From NCBI GenBank assembly GCA_016704525.1, contig JADIZX010000009.1:42625-106624 (forward strand): 64,000 bases of DNA, in the 5' to 3' direction. Within the stretch, counting starts at the first letter, position 1, and each line of letters starts with the position of its first letter. The notes beneath the pieces were generated by a model that was not told the origin of the DNA, did not search any database, and saw only the letters and a list, made by a program, of their open reading frames with translations. Both the position numbers and the translations under genes were made by a program. Shown one piece after another: positions 17,954-27,851 of the stretch. This DNA is from Myxococcales bacterium (GTDB taxonomy: Bacteria > Myxococcota_A > Polyangia > Polyangiales > Polyangiaceae).

Positions 17954-19237
17954 TTACACCCTTTCCTGAGCGTGGTCCCTACCGCTGCGCGCACCGACGA
18001 AATCGCGCACGATGGGGTAGATCGACTCGCGCCATCGCCGCCCGGAGAACACTCCGTAGTGGCCACACCCGGCCGCCACGTGGTGGCGCCGGTGCTCGTC
18101 GGGCACGCCCGCGCACAGCGCGTGGGCGGCCTGGGTCTGCCCGAGGCCGGCGATGTCGTCGTCGGCGCCTTCGATGGTGAGCAGCGCCGTATCGCGGATG
18201 GCGGCGGGCCTGACGCGCTCGCCGGCCACGTCCCACGTGCCCCGCGCGAGCGCGAACTCCTGGAACACGAGCCGCACGGTCTCCAGGTAATAGGGCGCGT
18301 CCATGTCGAGCACGGCGTTGTAGTCGTCGTAGAAGCGCTCGTGCGACGCGCGCTTCGCGTCGCCGTCGCTCCCCGTGAGGTGCCCGAGCCAGTACTCGAC
18401 GTGGGCGTCGATGTGCCGCGACGGGTTCATCGCCACGAACGCGGAGAGCTGCAAAAACCCCGGGTAAACGCGGCGCCCGCGGCCCGGATAGCGCCCCGGG
18501 ACGGTCTTGATGAGGGTGCGCTCGAACCACGCCAGCGATCGCTCGGTCGCGAGCCGGTTCACCTCGGTCGGGTTCCGGCGCGCGTCGACCGGGCCGCCCA
18601 TGAGGGTGAGGGAGCGGGGCGTGGCCTCGCCGGCCTGCGCGAGCAGGGCGATCGCGGCGAGCACCGGCACGGTGGGCTGGCACACGGCGACGACGTGGAG
18701 TGTTGCCGCGCCGAGCAGACGCACGAGCCGCTGCACCGTGTGCACGTAGTCGTCGAGGCTGAACGACCCCTGCGCCACGGGCACCTCGCGGGCGCAGACC
18801 CAGTCGGTGACGTAGACGTCGTGGTCGGCGAGCAGCGAGCGCACCGTGTCGCGCAAGAGCGTCGCGTGGTGCCCCGAGAGCGGGGCGCAGAGCAGCACCT
18901 TCGGCTGGGCGCGGAGGCGCTCCGCCAGCGCGGGGTCGGCGGTCTCGCGGACGAACCGCACGAGCCGGCAGAACGGCTCGGCGTGCACGACCTCCTCGGT
19001 GACGCGCACCTCGCCGGCGGCGGCGCCGCCGACCGAGACGCGGTCGAGGCCGAACGCGGGCTTCTCGTAGCGCCTCGTCAGCCGGTGGAGCAGCGCGTGC
19101 CCGGCCCCGACCACGCGCGCGCCGGGCACATGAGAGAGCGGGCTCTTCTCGTGGGTGAGGAGGCGGGCGGTAGCGAAAGAGACGCGCGCCACCGGGTCGA
19201 GGCACGTGCGCTGGAGCTCATGAAGGCGGTAGAGCAT
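17954..19237 (-). CDS. phaZ: Intracellular poly(3-hydroxybutyrate) depolymerase (PhaZ family)
   Basis: ~427-aa protein matching the intracellular PHB depolymerase family (Ralstonia PhaZ1 type) along its length. Sits directly upstream of bdhA on the same strand. Confidence 0.7.
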   Translation of the reverse strand: MLYRLHELQRTCLDPVARVSFATARLLTHEKSPLSHVPGARVVGAGHALLHRLTRRYEKPAFGLDRVSVGGAAAGEVRVTEEVVHAEPFCRLVRFVRETADPALAERLRAQPKVLLCAPLSGHHATLLRDTVRSLLADHDVYVTDWVCAREVPVAQGSFSLDDYVHTVQRLVRLLGAATLHVVAVCQPTVPVLAAIALLAQAGEATPRSLTLMGGPVDARRNPTEVNRLATERSLAWFERTLIKTVPGRYPGRGRRVYPGFLQLSAFVAMNPSRHIDAHVEYWLGHLTGSDGDAKRASHERFYDDYNAVLDMDAPYYLETVRLVFQEFALARGTWDVAGERVRPAAIRDTALLTIEGADDDIAGLGQTQAAHALCAGVPDEHRRHHVAAGCGHYGVFSGRRWRESIYPIVRDFVGARSGRDHAQERV

Positions 19238-19419
19238 GGTCTGGGTGGCGCGGGGTCTCGCGCAGAACCCAGTATGTGCACCTGCAACAATTTGTGCAAC
19301 GCAATATTTTTGCGCGCCTTCACAGACAGGGTCCGTTCATCACGTGCGCACGCACGTGTGCTGCGGCGCACAAGCACAGCGGCGGCCGCGCGTCGGCGCG
19401 GCCGCCTCCGCGACCGGCC

Positions 19420-20379
19420 TCAGCTCGCTTGCAGCGCCCCCAGGTAGTCGCTGAGGTTCCCCAGGTGCTGACGCCCGCCCTCGATCGCGAAGCCCGAGAC
19501 CTTCTCGTCGCGCAGCTCGCGCGAGGTGCACACGAGCCGCATCGAGACGCGCGTCTTGGCGTCACGCCCGTCACGCCCGTCACCTTCCGCGGTGAGCGTG
19601 ATCTCGGCGCGGAACATCACGGTCTCCCAGTCGCCGTGGTCGTACACGATGCGCTCGGGCTCGGTGAGCTCGACGTACGTCGCCTTGTTCGGCCAGCGCT
19701 TGCCGTCGGGACCTACCATCTCGAACTTCCACACGCCGCCCACGCGCACGTCTTGCTCGACGCCCACGTTGGTGAACCCGTTGGGCCCCCACCACTTGTT
19801 CACGTGCTCCGGATCGGTGAACACCTTCCACACGAGGGCGCGCGGCGCGGCGACCACCCGCTCGAGGCGGATCTCGCGCTCGGTCTCGTCGAGGTAGCGA
19901 TCGAGGCTCGCGAACATGCCGCCGAACCCCTGCGTCATGCCGCCTCGCGCGCCGTCGAACATGGCCAAGGCCTCGGCCTCGGCCTCGTAGGGCTGCCAGG
20001 TGACCGTGACCTTGGTCTCGCCGGGCCCCGCGTCTTCGAAGGTGGTGGTGGCCATCATTTGCAGTGGCCACGTCGCAGCCATCGGGTGACGGCAGAGGGC
20101 GCCGTGCTCGTCGGAGAAGCTCTGGAGGAAGACGAGCTTCTGGTCGGGGACGACCTCGCGGTAGAGCTGCTTGCCCCAGGTCTTCTCGCCCTTCTCGTCC
20201 GTGTACCCGTAGTGGCACTCGCCGCCCGGCCGGATGTCGAGGTCGAGCTTGATGACCTTCGCGCCCGCGGGCCCCATCCAGCGCGCGAGGTGCAGGGCGT
20301 CGGTGTGCATTTGGTAGACGAGCGGGCGGGGCGCGCGGAAGACGCGGGAGATGCTGAAGGGATTGGTCGGATCGCTCAT
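19420..20379 (-). CDS. SRPBCC superfamily protein with tandem Aha1/AHSA1-like (activator of Hsp90 ATPase homologue) domains
   Basis: Two repeats of the AHSA1-like pattern (RVFRAPRPLVYQMHTD... and RVVAAPRALVWKVFTDPEHVNKWWGP...). Start at the internal Met MSDPTNPF, which overlaps the arsR stop by 4 bp. Confidence 0.75.
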   Translation of the reverse strand: MSDPTNPFSISRVFRAPRPLVYQMHTDALHLARWMGPAGAKVIKLDLDIRPGGECHYGYTDEKGEKTWGKQLYREVVPDQKLVFLQSFSDEHGALCRHPMAATWPLQMMATTTFEDAGPGETKVTVTWQPYEAEAEALAMFDGARGGMTQGFGGMFASLDRYLDETEREIRLERVVAAPRALVWKVFTDPEHVNKWWGPNGFTNVGVEQDVRVGGVWKFEMVGPDGKRWPNKATYVELTEPERIVYDHGDWETVMFRAEITLTAEGDGRDGRDAKTRVSMRLVCTSRELRDEKVSGFAIEGGRQHLGNLSDYLGALQAS

Positions 20380-20765
20380 GGGCTCTCTTTCGGATCGGGC
20401 GTGTCGAGTGGCGTGGGGGGCGTGGCCGCGGGGGCCGGTGATGTGCGCTGGAGCTCGTGCAGGTAGGCGTCGAGCCGATCGAAGCGAGCCTCGAGCTCGC
20501 GGCGGGTGTGCTCGATCCAGTCGACCGCCTCGTCGAGCGGGCGCGCGTCGAGCCGGCACGGGCGCCACTGGGCGTTTCGGCCGCGAGTGATGAGCCCGCT
20601 CTCCTCGAGCACCTTGAGGTGCCGCGAGATGGCGGGCGCGCTCAGGTCGAAGGGCCGCGCCAGCTCCTGCACCGACGCCTCGCCCTGGCCGAGGCGCGCC
20701 AGAATGGCCCGCCGCGTGGGGTGCGCGAGGGCGGCGAACGTGCGGCTGAGGGGGTCGGAGGACAT
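20376..20765 (-). CDS. ArsR/SmtB family transcriptional regulator
   Basis: Winged-HTH region ALAHPTRRAILARLGQGEASVQELARPFDLSAPAISRHLKVLEESGLI. 129 aa. Confidence 0.85.
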   Translation of the reverse strand: MSSDPLSRTFAALAHPTRRAILARLGQGEASVQELARPFDLSAPAISRHLKVLEESGLITRGRNAQWRPCRLDARPLDEAVDWIEHTRRELEARFDRLDAYLHELQRTSPAPAATPPTPLDTPDPKESP

Positions 20766-20766
20766 A

Positions 20767-20799
20767 GTTAACCTATCTGTTAATTAACAAATAGGTTAA
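20767..20799. promoter_or_regulatory. AT-rich near-perfect palindrome (TTAACCTATCTGTTAA/TTAACAAATAGGTTAA) abutting the arsR start; candidate ArsR operator
   Basis: 16-bp arms with one mismatch, beginning 2 bp upstream of the arsR ATG. A conspicuously AT-rich island in ~70% GC DNA. Confidence 0.55.
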
Positions 20800-20841
20800 A
20801 TACAGCACCGGGTCAAGCCCGCGCGGCCGGACCGCTCGCGT

Positions 20842-22056
20842 TCACGTGGTGGGCAGGGGCCCCGGGCTCCAAATGTGCACGTCCTGGGCGACGCCCTTCA
20901 GGCGCTGCGCGCCGAGGTCCTCGCACGCGACGCCGGTCGCGTCGACGAACGCCTGGCTCACCAGGAGCGGCCGGTCGAGCGCACGACACAACCCCTGGAT
21001 ACGGCTGGCCAGGTTCACCGCCGGCCCGATCACAGTGAAGTCGAGGCGGTCGGGGCCGCCGATGTTCCCGTACATCACCTCGCCGAGGTGGATCGACGTT
21101 CCGAACTCGAGGAGCGCGCTCCCGGCGCGCGCGGCGTTCTTCGCCTGCGCGCGCTCGAAGGCCTCTCGCGCCGCGGCGAGGGCGGCGAGGCACGCGCGGC
21201 GCTCGTCGCCCACCGAAGAGCGGAACACCGCGAGCACCGCGTCGCCGACGAACTTCAGCACCTCGCCACCGTGCGCCTGCACCGCGCCCACGACGCAGTC
21301 GAAGTAGTCGTTCAGCAGCGCCAGGAGCTCGGCGCTCGCGAGGCGGTCGGAGAGGACCGTGAAGTCGCGCAAATCGGTGAACGAGACCGCCGCGTGGATG
21401 GGCTCGCCGTCGCCGCGCTTCACCGCGCCTCGCAGCACCCGCGCGCCCGCGTCGGCGCCGAGGTAGGTCGTGAGGAGGGTGCGCGCGATGCGGGCCATCA
21501 CGTGGGCGTCGAGGATGGGCTCGAGCCACCCGACGGTCGACAGCACGAGCGCGAGCGCCTCGTCGGTGAAGCCGCCCGGCGCGCGCGTGGCCACGCTCAC
21601 CGCGCCGAACCCCGCGCTCACCGTGTGGCGCGTGCCCGCGATCAGGTAGTCGGTGAAGCCGTCCGCCCGGAGATCACCGACGATCGCGAAGTCGGCGGGG
21701 CACGCGGGGTCGGCGAGCGGCCGGCGGATCACGGCGTGGGTGCCGAGCTGGATGCTGCGGAGCGGGCTCGCGGCGAACTCGGCGCCAAGGACCGCAGCCC
21801 ACGCGCGGGCGATCTCGCGGACGGGCCGGCCCTCGCCCTCCCACACGAAGTTCCACGCGGCGACCTGCGGGTGCAGCGTGGGGATGACATAGAACGCCCG
21901 GTCGACGGGGACACCGTCGGCGCGAAGCGCGCGCACGTACCCCTCGATCAGCGCCGCGGTCGCGGGGGTCGCGCGAGCCTCGCCGTGCAAGTAGTGGAGG
22001 GTCGCCCCAGGCTCGACGCTGCCGAGCGGCGGCAACGGGACGTCGTAGATGGCCAT
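20842..22056 (-). CDS. Class III adenylate/guanylate cyclase with N-terminal domain of unknown function
   Basis: C-terminal cyclase homology domain (VSFTDLRDFTVLSD, VLKFVGDAVLAVF, IHLGEVMYGNIGGPDRLDFTVIGPAVNLASRIQ). 404 aa. Confidence 0.8.
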   Translation of the reverse strand: MAIYDVPLPPLGSVEPGATLHYLHGEARATPATAALIEGYVRALRADGVPVDRAFYVIPTLHPQVAAWNFVWEGEGRPVREIARAWAAVLGAEFAASPLRSIQLGTHAVIRRPLADPACPADFAIVGDLRADGFTDYLIAGTRHTVSAGFGAVSVATRAPGGFTDEALALVLSTVGWLEPILDAHVMARIARTLLTTYLGADAGARVLRGAVKRGDGEPIHAAVSFTDLRDFTVLSDRLASAELLALLNDYFDCVVGAVQAHGGEVLKFVGDAVLAVFRSSVGDERRACLAALAAAREAFERAQAKNAARAGSALLEFGTSIHLGEVMYGNIGGPDRLDFTVIGPAVNLASRIQGLCRALDRPLLVSQAFVDATGVACEDLGAQRLKGVAQDVHIWSPGPLPTT

Positions 22057-22268
22057 CGGGCCGATGCTACCTCACCGCCCCCGCGCCGTGCCGCCGCGCG
22101 ATCGCGTGAAGCCGCGAGGAGGGCCGGCGAGGCCTCGTGCAAGCCCCGACACAGCGTCCGCCGAGGCCGCCGGGCGAGTGTGGGCTTGCGCTCGCGGCGG
22201 GGAGTGACCATTCATCGCGAAGACCTGCCGCGTCCTCGAGGCGCGACGTACCCCAAGAGACGAAGGCG

Positions 22269-22880
22269 ATGACCACCCGCGAAGACCACTGGAACACGAT
22301 TTACCGCACCAAGCCGGCCGACAGGGTGTCGTGGTACCAGGCCGACGTCTCCACCTCGCTCGACCTCGTGCGCGCGTGCGGTCTCCCTCCCGGCGCGCCG
22401 CTCCTCGACGTGGGGGCCGGGGCCTCGCTGCTGGTCGATGGCCTCCTCGGCGCGGGCTTCACCGACGTCACCCTGCTCGACCTCGCGAGCGAGGCGCTGG
22501 CCGTCACCCGGGCCCGCCTCGGCGACGAGCCGCGCGTGCGGGAGGTCGTGGCCGACGTGGCGGCGTGGTCACCGACCCGCACCTACGCGCTCTGGCATGA
22601 TCGCGCCGTGTTCCACTTCCTCGTCGAGCCCGAGGCGCGCGCGGGGTACTTGCGGGCGCTCGGCGCGGCCCTCGCGCCCGGTGCGCACGCCATCGTGGGC
22701 ACCTTCGCCCTCGACGGCCCCGAGCGCTGCAGCGACCTGCCCGTGCGGCGGTACTCGGCCGAGGGGCTGGCGGAGGAGCTCGCCCCCGTGCTCGAGCACG
22801 TGGAGTCGCGCCACCTCCTGCACACGACCCCGTGGGGCTCGTCGCAGTCGTTCGTGTTCGGCCGCTTTCGCGCGCGTTGA
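22269..22880 (+). CDS. Class I SAM-dependent methyltransferase
   Basis: Motif I LLDVGAGASLL and the usual downstream acidic residue (DVTLLDL). 203 aa from the internal Met MTTREDHW. Confidence 0.7.
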   Translation: MTTREDHWNTIYRTKPADRVSWYQADVSTSLDLVRACGLPPGAPLLDVGAGASLLVDGLLGAGFTDVTLLDLASEALAVTRARLGDEPRVREVVADVAAWSPTRTYALWHDRAVFHFLVEPEARAGYLRALGAALAPGAHAIVGTFALDGPERCSDLPVRRYSAEGLAEELAPVLEHVESRHLLHTTPWGSSQSFVFGRFRAR

Positions 22881-22954
22881 AGGCGACCGATCACGCAGCG
22901 CGTGCGTGCCTCGCGCAGAGTCTGCGCCACACACACCGCCCGCGCGATGTCGCC

Positions 22955-23989
22955 TCACGGCCGGCGCGAGGCGCCCGCGGTCTGCGCGATGGCCTCCCAG
23001 TCGATCGGGACGCGGGGCACGTAGCCGAGCACGTCACGCGCCCGCCGCCCGTCCAGGACGCCGCTCAGGTGGAAGCGCAGCGCGTTCGAATCGTACCGAA
23101 ACTCCGCGTGGATCGCCCGCTGGCGCAGGCCGTAGAGCGGCCGCAGGAGCGGCCCCGGGACCGGGATCGACACGCGGCGCGCGAGCTCCACGGCGCGGGA
23201 GAGCGGCAACACGTCCCGACCGACGATGTTGAAGATGCCGGTCGGGCGCGGCCCCTCGCCAAGCCCCCCGCGCGGCGCCGCGCCGTCGACCGCGCGAGGC
23301 GACCGCAACGCCGCGAGCGTCGCCGACACAGCGTCGTCGATCGAGAGCAGCGAGAGCATCGGGTCGAAGCCGATGGGACGAAAGCACACCTTGGACGACA
23401 GGTAGTCGAAGAGCTGGCTGCCCGAGGCGGGCGCGAGCAACTCGGCGAAGCGGAGCACCGCGATCGACAGCCGTGACATGCCCATGCGCATGCACACCGT
23501 CACGTCGGCCTCGAGGCGATCGCGCTCGATCTGCGGCATCCCGCCGACGAGGCGCAGCGGGTGCTCTTCGGCGATCAGCACCGGTTCGTCGGGGTCGATG
23601 CGGTAGACGTCGGCGTAGCTGCGAAAGACGAAGTGGTCGATCGTGGGGTGCTCTTCGGAGAGCCGCAGCAGCTCCCGCGTCGAGTCCACGTTGAGCTGCC
23701 TGATCTTCCGGCCCGCGTCGGCCGCGCGCCGGTGCCATGCGCCATGCACGACGGCGCGTAGCCCGAGCTCGCGGGCCGGTCCGCCGAGCAAGGTCTGGAG
23801 GTCCCGCGGCCGGGTGAGATCCGCACGCACGTAGGTGAGCCGCGGATCGGCCGGCAAGAGCCGCGCGGCCTCCTCATTCGACTCGGCCCCCACCGCGAGC
23901 ACGGGGCAGAGCCCTGGCTCCGCCAGCAGTCCCCGCGCGAGGGCGCGCCCGTAGGGCGTGGTCGCCCCTGTCAGCAACACCCCGCTCAC
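22955..23989 (-). CDS. NAD-dependent epimerase/dehydratase family protein
   Basis: N-terminal Rossmann motif VLLTGATTPYGRAL. Extended SDR architecture. GTG start overlaps the upstream acyltransferase stop (GTGA). Confidence 0.65.
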   Translation of the reverse strand: MSGVLLTGATTPYGRALARGLLAEPGLCPVLAVGAESNEEAARLLPADPRLTYVRADLTRPRDLQTLLGGPARELGLRAVVHGAWHRRAADAGRKIRQLNVDSTRELLRLSEEHPTIDHFVFRSYADVYRIDPDEPVLIAEEHPLRLVGGMPQIERDRLEADVTVCMRMGMSRLSIAVLRFAELLAPASGSQLFDYLSSKVCFRPIGFDPMLSLLSIDDAVSATLAALRSPRAVDGAAPRGGLGEGPRPTGIFNIVGRDVLPLSRAVELARRVSIPVPGPLLRPLYGLRQRAIHAEFRYDSNALRFHLSGVLDGRRARDVLGYVPRVPIDWEAIAQTAGASRRP

Positions 23990-24879
23990 TGGAACACGCC
24001 CTTCCGTTCCCGCAGGCCCCGCGCGATGAGGGCCTCGACGGCCGCGCGCGTCCGGTCGGCGGCGCGCTGCACGATCTCGGGCCGGCGCGCGTCCTCCGGG
24101 GCGTAGCCGAAGTGGATCGGGGCTCCGTAGTGGATGTGGTAGCGGACCGGCAGCGGGAGCGGCGTCGCGGGCACGGGCAGGTAGGGCGCGCCGAGCACGC
24201 GTATCGGGAGGCGGGCGAGCTGCGGCCACTGCTCCTCCGCGCCGATCACCGCGACCGGGACGATGGGCACCCCGTGGGCGATCGCCGTCTCGGCGTGGCC
24301 CACCCGCCAGCCCTGCAAGCGGTAGCGCTCACGGAAGCGCTTGCCCACGCCCGGCGTGCCCTCGGGGAAGATGAGCACGAGCTCGCCCGCCTCGAGCAGG
24401 AAGCGCAGGTTTTCGCGGGTGCCAGGCGCCGCGCCCGCGCGCGCAAAGAAGAGGCCCGCGAAGGGCAGCAGCGGCACGAAGCGATCGACGATGGTCCGCG
24501 GCACGCGCGGCGGCTCGGTGTGGCGCTGCACGTCGAGGTAGATCATCGCGCCGTCGAGCGGGAGGGTGCCGCTGTGGTTGGAGACCAGGATCGCCGGGCC
24601 ACGCGCCGGCAGGTGCTCGGTGCCGTGGGACTCGACTCGAAAATACGACTCGTAGAGGAACCGGAAGGCGCCGAGGCCCGCGGCGACCCAGTCGGGGTGG
24701 AGCCCGAGGGCGTCGTAGCCGTGACCCGCGTCGTCGTACTGAAGCCTCGCGACGCGCTCGCGCTGGGCCTCGGGCAGCAGCACGCGCGCGAGGGCGCGCG
24801 CGAACGGGCGCGGCGCGGGGCGCGGCGCACCCGACGCGGGGCGCGACGCAGGGCACGAAGATGGGGGCTTGGGGGTCAT
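23986..24879 (-). CDS. 1-acyl-sn-glycerol-3-phosphate acyltransferase-like (PlsC/LPLAT family)
   Basis: HX4D acyltransferase motif (VSNHSGTLPLDG), FPEGT motif (IFPEGTPGVGKR), and a proline box. Start at the internal Met MTPKPPSS. Confidence 0.75.
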   Translation of the reverse strand: MTPKPPSSCPASRPASGAPRPAPRPFARALARVLLPEAQRERVARLQYDDAGHGYDALGLHPDWVAAGLGAFRFLYESYFRVESHGTEHLPARGPAILVSNHSGTLPLDGAMIYLDVQRHTEPPRVPRTIVDRFVPLLPFAGLFFARAGAAPGTRENLRFLLEAGELVLIFPEGTPGVGKRFRERYRLQGWRVGHAETAIAHGVPIVPVAVIGAEEQWPQLARLPIRVLGAPYLPVPATPLPLPVRYHIHYGAPIHFGYAPEDARRPEIVQRAADRTRAAVEALIARGLRERKGVFQ

Positions 24880-24990
24880 CGGGTGCGCTGTCAGGGAGCA
24901 AGAACCGAGCCCACTCGTTCGCGTGGGCTGGGGCGACGCGGAGACCGGCGCCCGCGCCTCGTCGCCGCGCTCCGTGGTACCGTGGACGCC

Positions 24991-25860
24991 GTGAGCGCTC
25001 CGCTTCTCGCCGCGACCGATCTGCGCCTCGACGAGGGCGCGAGCGTCGTCGTCGAGGGGCTCACGTTCGAGACCCAGGGCGACAAGGTGCTCGTCTTCGG
25101 TGGGTCCTGGCCGGTGCTGCGCGCGGCCCTCCGCGAGCTCGCGCCGCGCCGCGGGGCCCTTCTGCTGGGCGGCCACACGCCCGAGCACGCGGCCCGCGCG
25201 TCGACCGTCGCGATCGCGCCGCTCGATCCGCCGCTGCCCCCAGAGCTCACGCCCCGAGCCTACATCGAGTGGAGCGCGCGGCTCGCCACGACCAACGCCG
25301 GCCTCGCGCGGAAGCGGGCCGCGGAGGCGCTGGGCGCGCTCGGGCTCGAGCCCGTCGCCGGCTCGCCGCTCGGCCGGTGCGCCCTCGCGGGCAGGCGCGC
25401 GACGGTCGTGGCAGCGGCCCTCGCGACCGGCGCCCCCGCGCTGCTCGTGGCCGATCCCACCGCGGGGCTCGCCGACGACGAGGCGCGGGGGTTCGCGCGC
25501 ATACTGGTCAAGTCACTTGACAATATACGCTGGGCGCTGTTCGCCCCTCGCCTCGCCCTCGAGAGCCCGCTCGCCCTCGCCGCCGACGAGGCGCTCGTCC
25601 TCGGCGCGAGCGAGGTCCTCGCGCAGGGCGCGCCCGGCGATGTGGCCGCGCGCGAGCGGCGCTTCGCGATGCGTGTCCATGGCGAGGCCGAGGCGTTCGC
25701 GGCCGCGCTCGCAGCGCGCGGCTTCACGACGTCGGGCTCCCCGCCCCGCCTCTTCGTGGAGCTCACGGGCTCGCAGGGCACGCGCGACCTCTTTGCGCTC
25801 GCCCTCGAGCACCGCGCGATCATCGTGGAGCTCTCCCCGGTCGCGGGTGCGCTCGCGTAG
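24991..25860 (+). CDS. Degenerate ABC-ATPase-like protein lacking Walker A
   Basis: ABC-like signature and Walker-B remnants (LLVADPTAGLADDEA) but no GxxGxGKS/T P-loop. Function unclear; may not be an active ATPase. Confidence 0.35.
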   Translation: MSAPLLAATDLRLDEGASVVVEGLTFETQGDKVLVFGGSWPVLRAALRELAPRRGALLLGGHTPEHAARASTVAIAPLDPPLPPELTPRAYIEWSARLATTNAGLARKRAAEALGALGLEPVAGSPLGRCALAGRRATVVAAALATGAPALLVADPTAGLADDEARGFARILVKSLDNIRWALFAPRLALESPLALAADEALVLGASEVLAQGAPGDVAARERRFAMRVHGEAEAFAAALAARGFTTSGSPPRLFVELTGSQGTRDLFALALEHRAIIVELSPVAGALA

Positions 25861-25930
25861 ACTCGCGCGACGGACCCACCCGACTGCTCCGACAGACCGA
25901 CGAGACGACGAGACGAGGAGACGCGAAGGA

Positions 25931-26587
25931 ATGGCGAACGACGACGAAGCGCTCGAGCCCCGTGAGGGCGCAGGCACGCTGGCCGCGCGGAGCCTCGGGC
26001 CGAGCCGTATGGGGGTATACACCGCGCTCGGCACGCTGAGCGGCGTCGTGCCCCTGCCCTGGGTGCCCGACGCTGTGGCCCGTCGCATTCGAGGGGCGCT
26101 CGCCCACGAGATCGTGAGCCGCCACGGGCTGTCGCTCACGCCCGAGGCGAGGCGCATCCTCGCGAGCACGGGCGGCGTCGAGGGCCCGCGCGGCGTCGTC
26201 GCCGAGGCCGTGGTGTTCGCCACGACCAAGGTGCTCGGGCGCTTCGGGCCGCTCGCGTTCCTCGCGCCGGTGCGCCTCGGCGTGACCACGTTCCTCCTCG
26301 GGCACCTGCTGCAGCGCTACCTCGAGACCGCCCGCAAGGGGCGCGCCGTGAGGGTCGACGCCGAGGAGGCGCGCCGCGTGCGCCGGGCCATCGACCAGGC
26401 CGTGCTCTACGTGTTCACGACCGAGGGCGAGGGCGAGAAGTTTCAGATCCCACGCGCGCCGGAAGACCTCCGCGACGGCACGACCCAGCTCATCGACAGC
26501 GTGCTCATCTCCGCCGCCAACGTGCCGGCGTGGCTCGTGCGCAGGGTCGAGACCGCCTTCGACGAGCTGCTCACGACGCTCGCCTGA
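25931..26587 (+). CDS. Hypothetical protein
   Basis: 218-aa ORF beginning MANDDEALEP with balanced, non-repetitive composition and a predicted TM/amphipathic stretch. No recognisable family. Confidence 0.5.
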   Translation: MANDDEALEPREGAGTLAARSLGPSRMGVYTALGTLSGVVPLPWVPDAVARRIRGALAHEIVSRHGLSLTPEARRILASTGGVEGPRGVVAEAVVFATTKVLGRFGPLAFLAPVRLGVTTFLLGHLLQRYLETARKGRAVRVDAEEARRVRRAIDQAVLYVFTTEGEGEKFQIPRAPEDLRDGTTQLIDSVLISAANVPAWLVRRVETAFDELLTTLA

Positions 26588-26717
26588 CCGGCGCCGCCGA
26601 GGCGACAAAAGAGGAATCGTGTCAGGCGCTTGCGCGTGGCCTGTCTCGCCCACGCGCGTGGCCGCGCGGCGCGACGCGTGGGCCGCCTTCGTCCGTCGCC
26701 GTGCTAACAAGCGGCCC

Positions 26718-27851
26718 ATGAGGCAGCTCGTCCAGAAGGCCCGGCGCGTCGTGGTGAAGGTGGGCTCGCGCACGCTCGCGAGCGACCGCGAGGTGTTCGG
26801 GCGGCTCGCCGACGCCGTCGCCCGCGCCCAGGCCGGCGGGCGCTCGGTCGTGCTGGTGTCGAGCGGGGCCATCGCTCTCGGCGCGAAGAAGCTCGGCTAC
26901 CCTACCCGCCCCAAGGAGATGGCCAAGCTGCAGGCGGCCGCCGCGGCGGGGCAGAGCCTGCTCATGCGCGCCTACGAGGAGGCCTTCGGCGCGCGCGGAC
27001 TCGCGGTCGCCCAGGTGCTGCTCACCCACGCCGATCTCGCCGATCGCGCGCGGGTCAACAACGCACGCGCGGCGCTGTCCGCGCTGCTCGACGCGCGCGC
27101 GGTGCCCGTCCTGAACGAGAACGACTCGGTCTCGGTGGAGGAGATCAAGTTCGGCGACAACGACCAGCTCTCGGCGCTGGTCGCGCCCCTCGTCGACGCG
27201 GAGCTCCTCGTGCTCTTGTCCGACATCCCGGGGCTGCTCGACGCGGAGGGCGAGCGCGTGCCCGAGGTGCGCGACATCACGAACGAGGCGATGCGCCTCG
27301 TGCGGAGCGGGAAGAGCGCCGAGGGCACGGGCGGCATGGCGAGCAAGCTCGAGGCCGCGCGCCTCGCGACGCTCACGGGCGCGCAGGTGGTCATCGCCGA
27401 CGCGCGCGCGCGCGACGTGCTCGATCGCGTGCTCGCGGGCGACGACGTGGGCACGTGGTTCGTGGCGCCCGAGAAGCGCATCTCCGCGAAGCGCGCGTGG
27501 ATCGCGTTCACTCTTCGGCCGCGCGGCGCGCTCGTGCTCGACCCTGGCGCCGCCCGGGCTGTCACCGAGAAAGGCAAGAGCGTGCTCAGCGTGGGTGTGC
27601 TGGGCGTGCGCGGCGACTTCCGCGCGGGCGACGCCGTGCGCCTCTTGTCGCACGAGGGGGTGGAGCTCGGCCGCGGCCTGTCTCGGCTCGCGGTGGAGGC
27701 GGCCACCCGCGTCGCGGGCACCAAGGCGAGCGCGCCCGTCACGCCGAAGGCGGGCGGGGGCAAGGTCGCGTCGAAGCCCGACGATGACCGCGACGTGCTC
27801 GTGCACCGCGACGAGCTCGTGGTGTTCGCGAAGGCGAGCGCCGTCGGCTAG
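26718..27851 (+). CDS. proB: Glutamate 5-kinase with C-terminal PUA domain
   Basis: Amino-acid kinase fold (VVKVGS, VLVSSGA, NENDSV, FGDNDQLSA). C-terminal PUA region. 377 aa. Confidence 0.9.
   Translation: MRQLVQKARRVVVKVGSRTLASDREVFGRLADAVARAQAGGRSVVLVSSGAIALGAKKLGYPTRPKEMAKLQAAAAAGQSLLMRAYEEAFGARGLAVAQVLLTHADLADRARVNNARAALSALLDARAVPVLNENDSVSVEEIKFGDNDQLSALVAPLVDAELLVLLSDIPGLLDAEGERVPEVRDITNEAMRLVRSGKSAEGTGGMASKLEAARLATLTGAQVVIADARARDVLDRVLAGDDVGTWFVAPEKRISAKRAWIAFTLRPRGALVLDPGAARAVTEKGKSVLSVGVLGVRGDFRAGDAVRLLSHEGVELGRGLSRLAVEAATRVAGTKASAPVTPKAGGGKVASKPDDDRDVLVHRDELVVFAKASAVG

Noticed and set aside
24991-25860. ABC transporter ATP-binding protein
   Set aside because: It has ABC-like signature and Walker-B-like remnants but no Walker A P-loop. 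It is retained only as a low-confidence degenerate ABC-like CDS, not as a functional transporter ATPase.
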